The translations under genes were made by a program, and so were the position numbers. A stretch of 64,000 nt of DNA from Octopus sinensis. Lineage: Eukaryota. Shown here in pieces: positions 48,888 to 62,010 of the stretch. The stretch lies in assembly GCF_006345805.1 (NCBI RefSeq), contig NC_042999.1:150474001-150538000 (forward strand), given 5' to 3'. Numbering within the stretch: the stretch's first letter is position 1; every line of letters begins with the position of its first letter. The notes under the pieces are model-generated. The model made no database searches, had not been told where the DNA came from, and was given only the letters and a program-made list of their open reading frames with translations.

Positions 48888-51800
48888 TACCAGAGCAGCA
48901 AACTGGCTTCCATGCTGGTGGCACGTAAAAAGCACCATTCAAGCGTGATCATTACCAGCGTCTCCTTACTGGCACTTTTGCCAGTGGCACCTGAAAAAAA
49001 CATTCAAGCGAGGTCTTTGCCAGTGCCACTGGACTGGCTCCTGTGCAGGTGGCATGTAAAAAGACGCCATTTTGAGCTTGGCCATTGCCAGTACCACCTG
49101 ACTGGCCCCCGTGCCGGAGGCATGTAAAAGCACCCACTACACTCTCGGAGTGGTTGGCATTAGGAAGGGTATCCTGCTGTAGAAACTCTGCCAGATCAAA
49201 TTGGAGCCTGGTGCAGCCATCTGGTTCGCTAGTCTTCAGTCAAATCGTCAAGCCCATGCTAGCTTGGAAAGCGGACGTTAAACGATGATGATGTATATGT
49301 CTATAAAAACTACTGAAAAATATTTAGGTGTTGTTATGAGGCTCATTAGTAGAGACATTTGCAGACAATAATATTTTTGTACTTGTAAATTAAAAACAAA
49401 ATTGTTCTAAAAAAATATAATACCAATACAAGCTTTAACAAAAAATGTCAAAAGAACTATTGAAAATAAATTTCCTGTACAAGTGTCCGCTTTCTCTTTC
49501 AGTTTTTATTTTTTGTCATTAATTGTGCTATATGAAGTGGGCTAATTTGGTAATAATCTAAAACTTTATATTTACACAATTAATTAGAACAATTATATTA
49601 ACAGCCGGATTCTCTTTCCCACTCTCTCTTATATCAAACAGTACCAATGTGATGTAGACACATATGCACATCAGTTGTACAACTTGAACAAATACTGTAT
49701 GCTTTGTCCATGGTACCAGTAATCTCAGGTAAAGTTTGAACTTCTGAATTTTTTGATGAATAAACCCAATAACATCATCATTATCATTTAACATTTGTTT
49801 TCCTTGTTGGCATGGGTTGGACAGTTGGTCAGGAGCTGGTGAATCATTGCCTTATTTGGTATGATTTCTACAGCTAGGTGCCCTTTCTAATGCCAAATAC
49901 TTCAAGTATTTGGCATTAGAAACAAGTAAAAGAGTTACTCCTAATAATTCTTTTATTCTTTTACTTGCTTCAGTCATTTGACTGTGGCCATGCTGGAGCA
50001 TGGCCTTTAGTTGAGCAAATTGACCCCAGGACTTATTCTTTGTAAGCCTAGTACTATCAGTTTCATTTGCCGAACTGCTAAGTTACAGGGACATAAACAC
50101 ACCAGCATTGGTTATCAAGCAATGTTGGGGGACAAACACACACACATACCCTGCAATGGACTGGCATCCCATTCAGGGTGAGTGTTGTGGCCTCAGTCAC
50201 TTATATGCCATAGAAACTGAGTAATCAGCCTTATGAATCCTAAGACTTGAAACTGGCTTTATGTTATCAATATGTATTGAATACTTGTTAGCATGCCAGG
50301 CAAAATGCTTAATGGCATTTCACCTGTCTTCATGTTCTGGGTTCAAGTTCCACCGGGGTCAAATTTACCTTTCATCCTTTCGGGATTGATAAATTAAGTA
50401 CCAGTGAATCACTGGGGTCAATGTATTCAAGTAGTCCCCTCCCCCAAAATTTCAAGGCCTTGTGCCTTCAGTAGAAAAGAATATGTACTGAATATATATT
50501 GAGCAATACTTTAAAGGGCACCCTTGTTAGCACCATGTAGAAAAGTATATATGCCTGTGCCACATAAAAAGTACTTGTGCCAATTCCACATAAAAAAATC
50601 ACTGGCCCAGGTGCCATGTAAAAAAAAAAACCATGCTAGGGCCACATAAAAGCACGTAATACACTCTGTTAAGTGGTTGGTATCAGGGAGGGCATCCAGT
50701 TATAGAAACCATACCAAATCAGACAACTGGGCCTGGTGCAGCTTTTTGGCTTACCAGCTCCTGTCAAACCATCCATCCCATGCCAACATGGAAGATGGAT
50801 GTTAAATTATGATGATATCAATATATGCCAGCTGATGTTAGAAGATAATAGAATGGGATTTAAGGCAAATTTAGCTGCTATTTCTAACAGATTGAACCCC
50901 CATGTTGAAACTCTTTCATTATTTTGTGATGTTAATAGGAACCATGAGAAGGTAGACTTAATCCATTGTCAGACTTAACACTATCATCTGTCTTTGGGTG
51001 CTTTTTAGTGGAGTTCTATCTCTTGCGAGCATACATACCAAGTGTCTGGTCTATGCATAACTTGTGAGCCAGGAGTTTCTCTCTCATTTTCCCCAAACTA
51101 ATATTAGAGGACTCCACAAAATGGTTCCTGGACCAACCTTCATCATCGTCATCATCATCATTGTTTAACATCTGCTTTCCATGCTGGCATAGGTTGGATG
51201 GTTTGACTGAAGACTAGCAAGCCAGGAGGCTGCACCAGGCTCCAATCTGATCTGGCGAGGTTTCTACAGTTGGATGCCCTTCCTAATGCCAATAATAAAC
51301 TGATGTTAACCCTTTCATCACTGTATTTATTTTAAGATGCTCTGTGTTTCTCTCAATTATTTTAGATATAACAAAGAATTTTGTAAAATAACTTAGTTAC
51401 CATTAAGCTAGTGTTAGGAACATAAATTGTGATGAAGGTTTGGTGGAAGATTTTAATTCAAAACTTATGAAAACAAGACATTTGTACTACAGAGCCAGAG
51501 GTGGTTTTGGCCGGGTTGGTATCAAAAGGGTTAAATAAAATCCCTGCAGTGTATTCTTCCTTGCATCCCTGCTTGAACTGTTTAGAACTGGTTCTGATCC
51601 CATAACTTGTTTTACTAATTCATATGCACATACACATTCACTTTTTTTGTTAATTATTAATTAAAAGATTTCTTAAATAGCAACACATTTTCATGAGTAA
51701 AGTTATTAGAGTGAAATTTAAGATGTTTATAACATTACCACAAGAATCAGAAATGAAATCAAAAACATGAGTTTGAAGCAGCTGTTTTTGCATGTGTCAC

Positions 51801-52828
51801 TTATGAAAGGTTTTAAACAAAAGACCAAAAAGGTAAGTGTTGTTTTCAAACTTCCATTTCATATTTCAAAAGAAGAAAAATGTTCAAAAAGTGAATCTTT
51901 CAAAAGAAAAGCAGGCTTGTTTTACCAGCTGATAATTGGAAATGAATAACTCTGATTACCAGTGGTGGTTTGTGTATAGGGACTGCTGAACTGCAGCACA
52001 CTCTATTTCCACTTGATATTATAACATTCAATATAATGAGTCATTTTTTCTTTAATTCTATTTGTACATTATATAGTCCTTAAGCTTAATGTCAGTAGCC
52101 ATCCTCTAGTTTATGAAAGAAATACAAAAATCCTTGTATAGAATTGTGTGTTTCACAGTTCTAGCAATGCAGTGTTTGGCTGTTGTGTGCATGCCCATAT
52201 GTCCAAGATACGAAGCTTCACACTAGGGAGAGAGAGCACTGTCATTCATACAGTGCTGGTGAAAGGTAGTGTTTCTTTTTCACTTCATGTGTGTTGCTTA
52301 AAAACGTGTTTATATTCTTGAATGTGATAAAATTAGATTATTATCCTGCTTCCAGCAACAGTGTTGCTGCCAGGATTTGAAAAATAGGGCAGATTTTCAT
52401 CCCTTATTTTGTAATTTAGGGGGGATTTTTGAAAAACAAGGGGGAATTCACAGCAGTGTTCAGTGCACAAATTAAACACACTACTCAACAGTGGCTAAAA
52501 CACAAACTGATCAAGTTTATGTATAAATATTCTTTTTATATGTTTGTTTTTTTTCACACAATATTAAAACAATGGCTAAAAATTTTCTGAAGCAGCACCT
52601 CCACTAATTTTATCTATGAGACACCAATGCTGATTACTAGAAATTGGAGCTTTTTAATTATAGTGTGCGTGTGTGTTGTGTGTGTAATATCACGGGTAAT
52701 TTGGTAATTTTTGAAGCTTGGTGAATTATGTTTACTCTCAACATTGTCACTGAAGTATTTCTTGTAGCAAGATGAGACCATTATTACAATCTCAAAGCCC
52801 TTTGTTAGAGAGAAACAAATATTACAAT

Positions 52829-52881
<53 letters not shown>

Positions 52882-53342
52882 CGAAAACGAGAGAGAGAGA
52901 GAGAGGGAGGGAGACCTCTGGAGATATGGTGTGATTGAGAAGACCTGGCAAGTAAAGTGAGATCACAGCTGTAGCTAATACCAGTGTCACATTACCAGCC
53001 TATTTAAAAAGTACCTTTGAATCATCAGGTGACTTACTGTGCTTGAGGAGACATATTGTGTCAAGTAAAATCAAATCACAATCAAAAATGGAAATTGTAG
53101 TTGTGGTCGATGCCTGTGCTGCCTGAGTGGCTCTCATGCTGGTGGAATGCAATAAGCACCATTCATGCGTGGGGGGTTGTTGCCAGTGCTGCCTGACTGG
53201 CTCCCCATGTCAGTGACACATACAATGCACCATCTGAACACGTGGTCGATGCCAGCCCCACCGCTCTGACTGGCTCCTGTGCCGGTAACACCATCCAAGC
53301 ATGACTGGCTCCTGTGCTAGTGGCACATAAACAGCACCCACT
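42685..53342 (+). repeat. Tandem segmental duplication, copy B (~10.7 kb; lacks A 38602-39275)
   Basis: Same as copy A; differs by scattered SNPs, 1-bp indels, microsatellite lengths and a 674-bp deletion. Confidence 0.92.
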
Positions 53343-54422
53343 ACACTCTTGGAGTGGTCGGCGTTAGGAAAGGCATTTAGCTGTAGAAACATTGCCAGAT
53401 CAGATTGGAGCCTAATACATCCCCCTAGCTTGCCAGTCCCCAGTCAAACTGTTCAACCCATGCCAGCATGGAAAACGGATGTTAAACGATGATGATGATG
53501 ATTATGATGATGATGAGCATTACACACTCATATTCTCACTGCTATGAGACAGAAAACTTTAAAACAGCGATTTCTTTTTTCCTCCCACAAAAGCTTTATT
53601 CAAAGTGGAATTTTTGTTTTCCTATGACCTAGAAAATTTGATAAAAGATTTTTACTGAAGCAGGCCACTACCGGTTGTCTTGTGCTGTGGTATTTATTTG
53701 TAAACTATTAGTTTACAAATCAGCCATTAGTTCATCTGCCTGTAAAAATAATTACCACAGCATCTAAACGCTTTACAAATCCACATATTTCTATGATCCC
53801 TATCAGAGCATCTAAGAGGAATTTTGTTGGTGGGGTTTATAGTTTCTTTTGGCCCCATTTCTCTTCTGTAGCTGCTGACCTTCAGGATGCCTTTTTTTTT
53901 CACTTTTCACTTGTTTCAGTCATTGGGCTGTGGCCCTGCTGGGGCATCACTTTGTTTAGTTGAGCAAATCAACTCTGCTATGTCTGAGTCTGATACTCAG
54001 GCCATCAGTCTCTTTTGTTGAACTGCTAAGTTATAGGGACGTAAACAAATCAACATAGGTTGTCATGTGAGGGTGAGGAGCAAATACAATGTATGCACAC
54101 ACGCATACACAGAGAGGCTTCCTCACAATTTCCATCTCAGATACACTCATAAGGCATTATTTGGCCTGGAGCTATAGTAGAAAACACTTACCCACAATGC
54201 CAAGCAGTGGGACTGAACCCAAGATCACATGGTTGCAAAGCATGCTTTTTTAACAAAATCCCAAGTAATTCTTAGTTCCAAGTAGAAGTTACCCTTTGTG
54301 CCAACTTCTTAAAGTGTACAGGTATATAATAAATATACCCATGGTGTTAATCACAATAAGACGGATCACACGTTTTGTAAGGAAGTAAATTGTAAATATT
54401 ATCAGGAAATATATCTTCTCAT

Positions 54423-55116
54423 CAGTGGTGGTTCATAGATAAAATTAGTGGGGATGCTGCTTCAGAAAATATTTAGCCGTTGTTTTTAATATTGTGTAAA
54501 AGAAAACAAACATATAAAAAGAATATTTTTACATAAACTTGATCGGTTTGCATTTTAGCCACTGTTGGGTTGTGTGATTAATTTGTTCACCAAACACCGC
54601 TGCGAATTCCCCCTTGTTTTTCAAAAATCCCCCCTAAATTACAAAATAAGGGGTGAAAATCTTCCCTATTTTTCAAATCCTGGCAGCAACACTATTACTG
54701 GAAGCAGTATAATAATCTAATACTACACTTGATTGCATTCAAGAATATAAACATATTTTTAAGTGCAACACATGCCGAGTCAAAAAGAAACACTCCCTTC
54801 CACCAGCATACCAGGGTCAGCACTGAATGAACCACAGTGCTCTCTCTTCCTAGTGTGCGGCTTCGTATCTTGGACATGCGAGCATGCTCACAACAGCCAA
54901 ACACTGCGTTGCTGGAACTGTGAAGCGCACAATTCTATACAAGAATTTTTGTATTTTTTTCATAAACTAGGAAATGGCTACTGCCATTAATCTTAAGAAG
55001 TATATAATGTACAAGTATAAAGAAAAGAGGACTCATTATATTGAATGTTATCGATAATTTTGAGTGGAAATAGGGGGTGCTGCAATTCTGCAGTGCCTAT
55101 ATATGAGCTGCTGCTG
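54423..55116. mobile_element. Independent inverted copy of the same hAT-like MITE
   Basis: Reverse-complement homology to 51960-52629 with its own exact 8-bp TSD CTTCTCAT (54415-22, 55117-24). Confidence 0.85.
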
Positions 55117-55454
55117 CTTCTCATACACCTTGATTCTTATGATTATTTCGCAGTTATTAGAATATTAACTTTTTCACACTTGTCTTGAAATGGAGGGTAA
55201 GTTTATTTGGATTTTTTCCTCTCCATTTTGTCTAAGTTTTGACATTTTGTATACTGTTAAAGTAAGTCCTTTTGAGTCTCCCTTTTGTAACTACTTAACC
55301 ATGAAGTCATTGTATAACTTGTTTGTCTTTCAGTTGACTAATGGTGCAGAATTATATCTTACCATGAAGTATAAAACAATGAAAAAAGAAAGATTTATAC
55401 CTGTGATGGAAATAGGAGTATGCAGGAAATGGCATTTCCCTACTTCCTAGCTCA

Positions 55455-55520
55455 CAGGATTATAATGTCAATATTTGACTCCTTTCCAGGATTATAATGT
55501 CAATATTTGACTCCTTTCCA
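55455..55520. repeat. Exact 32-bp tandem duplication
   Basis: CAGGATTATAATGTCAATATTTGACTCCTTTC x2. Confidence 0.9.
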
Positions 55521-55887
55521 ACCTCAACCTCACACACCTTAATGGTTCTCCTAGTTCCTAAAATCTATTTCCATCACTGGTTTAGACCATATAAATAGTC
55601 TCACTTCAAACACACCCTCTTCAGTTTAATTCAAATTACACATAACACATAATTGCAACAACAAAAAAAAGTTTCTGATTTAGGCACAAGGCCAGCAATT
55701 TTTAGGAGAGGTCCAAGTTGATATCATTTGATCCCAGTACGTGACTGATACCTTATTTTATCAATCATAGAGGGATAAAAAACAAAGGCTGGGTTTGCCC
55801 TTTTGTCATCCAAAGCATTCAGCACTACCTGAGTTTGATTCTTACCAAAAATCCCCAAAATATCTGAAACCTACTATATATATATGT

Positions 55888-56200
55888 GTGGAGGCGCTAT
55901 GGCCCAGTGGTTAGGGCAGCGGACTCGTGGTCGGAGGATCGCGATTTCGATTCCCAGACCGGGCGTTGTGTGTGTTTATTGAGCGAAAACACTTAAAAGC
56001 TCCATGAGGCTCCGGCAGAGGATGGTGGCGACTCCTGTTGTACTCTTTCGTCCAACTTTCTCTCACTCTTTCTTCCTGTTTTTTGAGTAACACTGTGATG
56101 GACTGGCGTCCCATCCAGCTGGGGGGAACACATATACCACAGAAACCGGGAAACCTGATCCATGAGCCTGGCTAGGCTTGAAAAGGGTGCATAAATAAAA
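55888..56200 (+). mobile_element. tRNA-derived SINE (family A head, different 3' body) in (TA)n
   Basis: The head matches 3119; the body contains GATGGACTGGCGTCCCATCCAG; A-rich tail. Confidence 0.8.
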
Positions 56201-57823
56201 AAAATAAACTATATATATGGCTGTCATTCATATAGATTTCATACTATTCATGTTGCATGTTATTCAATGCTGTAAGACTTGAGATATGAAATGGAGGAGA
56301 AAGGCAAAGTCTGAACAGACAATTGTTTGTAATGGTGATAAATGGTCCAGGTATTTGCCAGTTGTACTGCTTGACTGCCTATTAGCTATCCACATTGCAA
56401 GATGCAAGACAGCACAGTTAAAAGGAATCTGGAGGGAGGACTGTTGGATCTCTGTTTCGTGTGAATGGGACAGTACATATTTCATTTTCCTACCATTCAT
56501 CCTTCCTGGAACCACACCTGTTTCACACAGTCTCAGTATCATCTTTTACCTCACTGAACGCCTCCTTCACCTGTACACACGTTCCTTTTGCCAACAATAA
56601 CTCCCTTTTTCCTTTCCTTCTGTTCATCTCCCATTGTTTCCACTCCTATATACCTCTGACTTCGTCCCCAGCACTTTGCATCTCTTACACACACAACCCC
56701 TACACACTTCACATTATCTTTGCTGCCATCTATTATCTCTCTGATCCTCTCCTACTTCCTCCACTTACTCCTCCAACTGATATTCATGACTGACCATACT
56801 GCCATCCATGGCCACCACTCTCTACATTCCTCTTATTCAATCTTCTGTACCACTTATATTCACCTCCCTGTAATTTGAGGCTATACCTTGACACGTATTC
56901 ACCACTCACATCTCCAACTGAGCCATTTATCTCTCCTATGCAAGACACCTGCTCTTATCCCTCTATCAGACTTGAACCACCTCCTTCAATACTACAGCCC
57001 TCAGTTGAGGAGTCTTGTCTTGCAAATTACTTAGGTACCTCACTAGTGCTGTTGCCACATAAAAAGCACCCAGTTCACTCTGTAAAGTGATCGGTTTTAG
57101 GAAAGGCATCCAGTCATAGAAACCATGCCAAAGCAGACTTTGGAACTTCATGCAACCCTCTGGTTCACCAGCCCTGGTTGAACTATCTAATCCATACAAG
57201 CATGGAGAACAGATGTTAATTGATGAGTATGTCTAACATGTCCATAGAGACAATAAGCCTTATTCAAAAGCACCTTTATATGCCTTCTTACAAAACTGTT
57301 AAAAGATTTCTGCAGTAATTTGTCAGCACAGATTCACTCCTTCATGGTAATTTTGTTGGTCTTGGTCCTTAGTTGTTTGTTAAACTGAATATTTCTTATC
57401 AAGGTGTCTCTCTGTGAATACCTCATACAGCTAATTTATCTGTGTCTATTGTATGACTGAGTAAAGACATTGTCAACTGTGTCACTCTGTCTCTTTAACC
57501 TTCACTTTGCAGGAACCAAAAAAAGTAGGTTCCAAGCTTGTGAACTGAGTTAACTCAGTTTAAATATGTTGTTACTTTCTGGAATTCTCCACATTTCATA
57601 TGATACAGGATGCACATTTTATTTCTACTGGCTAATTCAGTATCTACACATTAGTATGTAAATAATTAAACCAGTACAGTGAGGGTTAACTGAACATTTT
57701 AGAGTGATTTATTATTCAAGCATGTCCAGCAAGCTGCTGTGTGATTTGATGTCACATTGTATTATCATGCACTAACTAGCTGCATGGTTTTCTACCTGGT
57801 AAGTAGGATAATTGATTTACTAG

Positions 57824-60800
57824 CATCATCATCATCGTTTAGCGTCCGCTTTCCATGCTGGCATGGGTTGGACGGTTCAACTGGGGTCTGGGAAGCCAGA
57901 AGGCTGCACCAGGCCCAGTTTGATCTGGCAATGTTTCTACGGCTGGATGCCCTTCCTAACACCAACCACTCCATGAGTGTAGTGGGTGCTTTTTACGTGC
58001 CACCGGCACAGGTGCCAGGCGAGTCTGGCAAACGGCCACGATCGGATGGTGCTTTTTATGTGCCACCGGCATGGGGGCCAGGCGAGGCTGGCAACGACCA
58101 CGAACGGATGGTGCCTTTTACGTGCCACCGGCACGAGGCCAGTTGGGGCAGCGCTGGCAACAGCCACGAATGGATAGTGCTTTTTACGTGCCACCGGCAC
58201 AGGTGCCAGGCGAGTCTGGCAAACGGCCACGATCGGATGGTGCTTTTTATGTGCCACCGGCATGGGGGCCAGGTGAGGCTGGCAACGACCACGAACGGAT
58301 GGTGCCTTTTACGTGCCACCGGCACGAGGCCAGTTGGGGCAGCGCTGGCAACAGCCACGAATGGATAGTGCTTTTTACGTGCCACCGGCACGAGGCCAGT
58401 CGGGGCGGCGCTGGCAACGGTCACGTTCGGATGGTTCTCTTACGTTCCACCGGCACTGGTAACTCAGCTGCAATTTCCATTGATCGATTTCGATTCTGAT
58501 TCTCACTTGCCTCAACAGGTCTTCACAAGTAGAGTTTTGTGTCCCAAGAAGGGAAGGTATGCATAAGTGGGCTGGCTACATCCCATGTAGAGGGCCACAG
58601 GTTATGGTCTCACGTGTCCTGCCGGGTCTTCTCACGCACAGCATACTTCCAGCGGTCTTGGTCTCTAGTCATTTCCTCAGTGAGACCTAAAGTTCGAAGG
58701 TCGTGCTTCACCACCTCGTCCCAGGTTTTCCTGGGTCTGCCTCTTCCACAGGTTCCCTCAACCGCTAGGATGTGGCACTTTTTCACACAACTATCTTCAT
58801 CCATTCTCGCCACATGTCTATACCAGCGCAAACGTCTCCCTTGCACACCACATCTGATGCTTCTTAGGTCCAGCTTTTCTCTCAAGGTACTTACACTCTG
58901 TTGAGTATGAATACTGACATTACACATCCATCGGAGCATACTGGCTTCATTTCTTGCGAGCTTACGCATATCCTCAGCAGTCATGGCCCATGTTTCACTG
59001 CCATGTAGCATGGCTGTTCGTACACACGCGTCATACAGTCTGCCTTTTACTCTGAGCGAGAGGCCTTTTGTCACCAGCAGAGGTAAGAGCTCTCTGAACT
59101 TTGCCCAAGCTATTCTTACTCTAGCAGTTACACTTTCAGCACACCCGCCCCCGCTGTTGAATAAGGTTGCTGAATAAAGAAAATGAAGAATGGGATAAAG
59201 AGAGTCTGCCGAATGTTGACCCAACAGAGGGACCAGCTATCCGAGTTGACAGTTCCTTGGTAGTTAAGGCAATTAGAAGCATGAAGACAGGGAAAGCCCC
59301 AGGCCCATCAGGAATCACTGCAGAGATGCTCAAAATATCTGGTAACGGAAGCTATCAACTATTTCTAGTTTTTCTCCCTGGAAAGTGACAGAGGTTGGTC
59401 TCAGAGCATTTTCAATGTTTATTGTTCCTGAGCATCTGCCACATACAAAAACCATCTTCCTAGTTAGCCTTCCTTTGACATTGCTGCACCTCTTATGTGT
59501 CCATAGCTTACACTTGGTGCATCTTATAGAGTTTCTACCTACACCTTTTCTACAGATCGAGCAGGGCCATCTACCTGAAGGCGTTTGTGATTTGTCTACC
59601 TTCCTACTTATTAGTACTTTGGTTTTAGCTAGATTGACTCTAAGGCCCTTCGATTCTAATCCTTGCTTCCACACCTGAAACTTCTCCTCCAGTTCTGATA
59701 GTGACTCAGCAATTAGAGCAAGGTCATCAGCATAGAGGAGCTCCCAAGGGCATCCTGTCTTGAATTCCTCCGTTATTGCCTGGAGGACTATGATAAATAG
59801 GAGGGGGCTGAGGACTGAGCCTTGGTGGACCCCTACCTCTACCCGGAATTCTTCACTGTACTCGTTGCCAACCCTCACCTTACTAGCAGCGTCCCTGTAC
59901 ATGGCTCGCACAGCTCTCACTAACCTTTCATCTATCCCTAGTTTCCTCATTGACCACCAGATAAGGGATCGGGGGACCCTGTCGAAGGCTTTCTCCATGT
60001 CAACAAAAGCCAGGTACAGGGGCTTATCTTTGGCTAGGTATTTCTCCTGCAGCTGCCTTACCAGGAATATAGCATCAGTGGTACTTTTCCCTGGCACGAA
60101 CCCAAACTGCATCTCATCTAAACTAACTCTCTCTAATTAGTTGGGCTATGACCCTCTCCATAACCTTCATCACCTGATCCAACAGCTTGATACCTCTGTA
60201 ATTATTTGTATCTAGGGCGTCACCTTTACCTTTGTAGCAGTTGACTATTATGCTGCTACACCAGTCATTGGGTATGACTCCTTCGTGTATCACCTGATTA
60301 ACTATACGGGTGACTAGGCTATAGCCGACACTACCAGATATTTTGAGCATCTCTGCAGTGATTCCTGATGGGCCTGGGGCTTTCCCTGTCTTCATGCTTC
60401 TAATTGCCTTAACTACCAAGGAACTGTGAACTCGGATAGCTGGTCCCTCTGTTGGGTCAACATTCGGCAGACTCTCTTTATCCCATTCATTTTCTTTATT
60501 CAGCAACCTTTCATAGTGGCGTCTCCAAACCTCTCTCTTTGCATCCTCATTTAGCGCAAGTGAATCATCTTCCATGCAAACACACTTCCCTCCTACCACA
60601 TCACAATTCTCTCTCACACACTGTCTTGCAACGCGAAACACCTCCAGTCTTTGGTCCTCACGGCGCAGAACATTGGCAAATTTTTCTTATCTGCTTCCCC
60701 TCTGGCTAGATAGACCTATCTCCTAGCTTCCCTTTTGGCAGTCTGATATAATTCCCTGCTACCACCATTCTTCCAGTCCTTCCAAGTCTGTCTCTTTTCT

Positions 60801-61608
60801 CTAATAGCCCTGTCTACAACACTGTTCCACCACCACGTTACCTTGGGACAAGAGGGGACTTTGCACCAGCCACAGATCTGGTCAGTGACTCTCAGCAGTT
60901 GTCCCTTAGAAACGTCCAGTTGCCTTCTACCCCATGTGATACTCTCTCCCCTTCTACTTCATCAAAGGCTTCAAGTAGCATGTCCCTAAATCTCTGTCCA
61001 TTCGCAGGATCTTTAAGCTTCCAGATCCTTCTTCTCCATGTTGGTCGTCTTCTGGTTGTCCTCCTAGTCCTGATCCTAAAGTCACTAACTACCAGTCTAT
61101 GTTGTGGGGTACATTCTTCGCCTGGGAAGGTTTTGGCATTCATAAGCAGCCATCTCTCCCTTTGCCTGGCAAGGATGTAGCCAATTTGGCTGGTATGTTG
61201 GCCCGATTGGTAGGTGACTAAGTGGTTGGTAGGTTTCCTGAAGTTAGTGTTGCAAATCATAAGATTATTTGCGTTGCAGAACTCCAGCAGCCTGGTTCCC
61301 TCATCGTTGCGGGAACCATAGCCATAGCCTCCATGTGCGCCATGGAAGCCCCCAGCATGTCGTCCAACGTGACCATTGAAGTCACCAGTCACAAAGAGAA
61401 GGTCTCTGTCGTTCATCAATGAGGTAGTCTGCAGTAGAGTGTCATAGAATCGGTCTTTCTGTCCATCGGGTAGCCCCGACTGAGGAGCATAGGCCGATAT
61501 AATGGTTGCTAAACTATGATGAAGCACTAATCTAATCTTAAGTATTCTGTCACATACTCTGATTACCTCAATTACTTTATCTACCCATTTCTGGGTAGAT
61601 AACATACA
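57824..61608 (-). mobile_element. Near-full-length RTE-clade LINE (APE, RT, PHD finger, tandem-repeat 3' UTR, (GAT)n tail), disrupted
   Basis: APE motifs ISAYAPQ, GDFNGHVG, QHRLVVSDF; RT motifs GKAPGPSGITAEM, YRGIKLL, QFGF, DMEKAFDRVP, GVHQGSVLSPLLF, YADD; C-terminal GRGRPRKTW. Split into ORFs 60892-61605, 60123-60641, 59330-60112 and 58610-59224. Confidence 0.95.
59163..59344 (+). repeat. Inverted copy of 60332-60510 inserted into the RTE ORF2
   Basis: Plus-strand 59163-59344 equals the reverse complement of 60332-60510 (plus an extra GAA); it interrupts FRY|..|SGGGC. Confidence 0.9.
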
Positions 61609-61926
61609 TGTTATAAAATATTTATGTGTCCAAATTATGTCACAGATGCATCATGTATCAGATTTTATAGAAATTAATAGAATCTTCCCTTTTTATGTTA
61701 ACTGCTTCAGGAATTTTATTAATAAACAACTAAAATAGATACTAGTTAGGTTTATTAATACCAAAGTGCAACTTATTGACTGAGGAAAATAACCATGTGT
61801 TTGAAAAAGTTTAAATACAGGATTCATTGTAACTTTTTCCAGTTATCATGTTAAACAATAACTAAAACCAGTCAGGGAAAATACATGTGTGTATGTGTGT
61901 GTGTTAAATAAAATCACTCAGGGAAT

Positions 61927-61980
<54 letters not shown>

Positions 61981-62010
<30 letters not shown>

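Noticed and set aside
57543-57560. Perfect 18-bp palindrome AACTGAGTTAACTCAGTT
   Set aside because: It is short and isolated with no context suggesting function.
57757-58499. Multiple overlapping 100-200-aa GC-rich ORFs (also 20.7-21.5 kb, 62.0-62.9 kb)
   Set aside because: They arise from stop-poor tandem repeats in RTE 3' UTRs.
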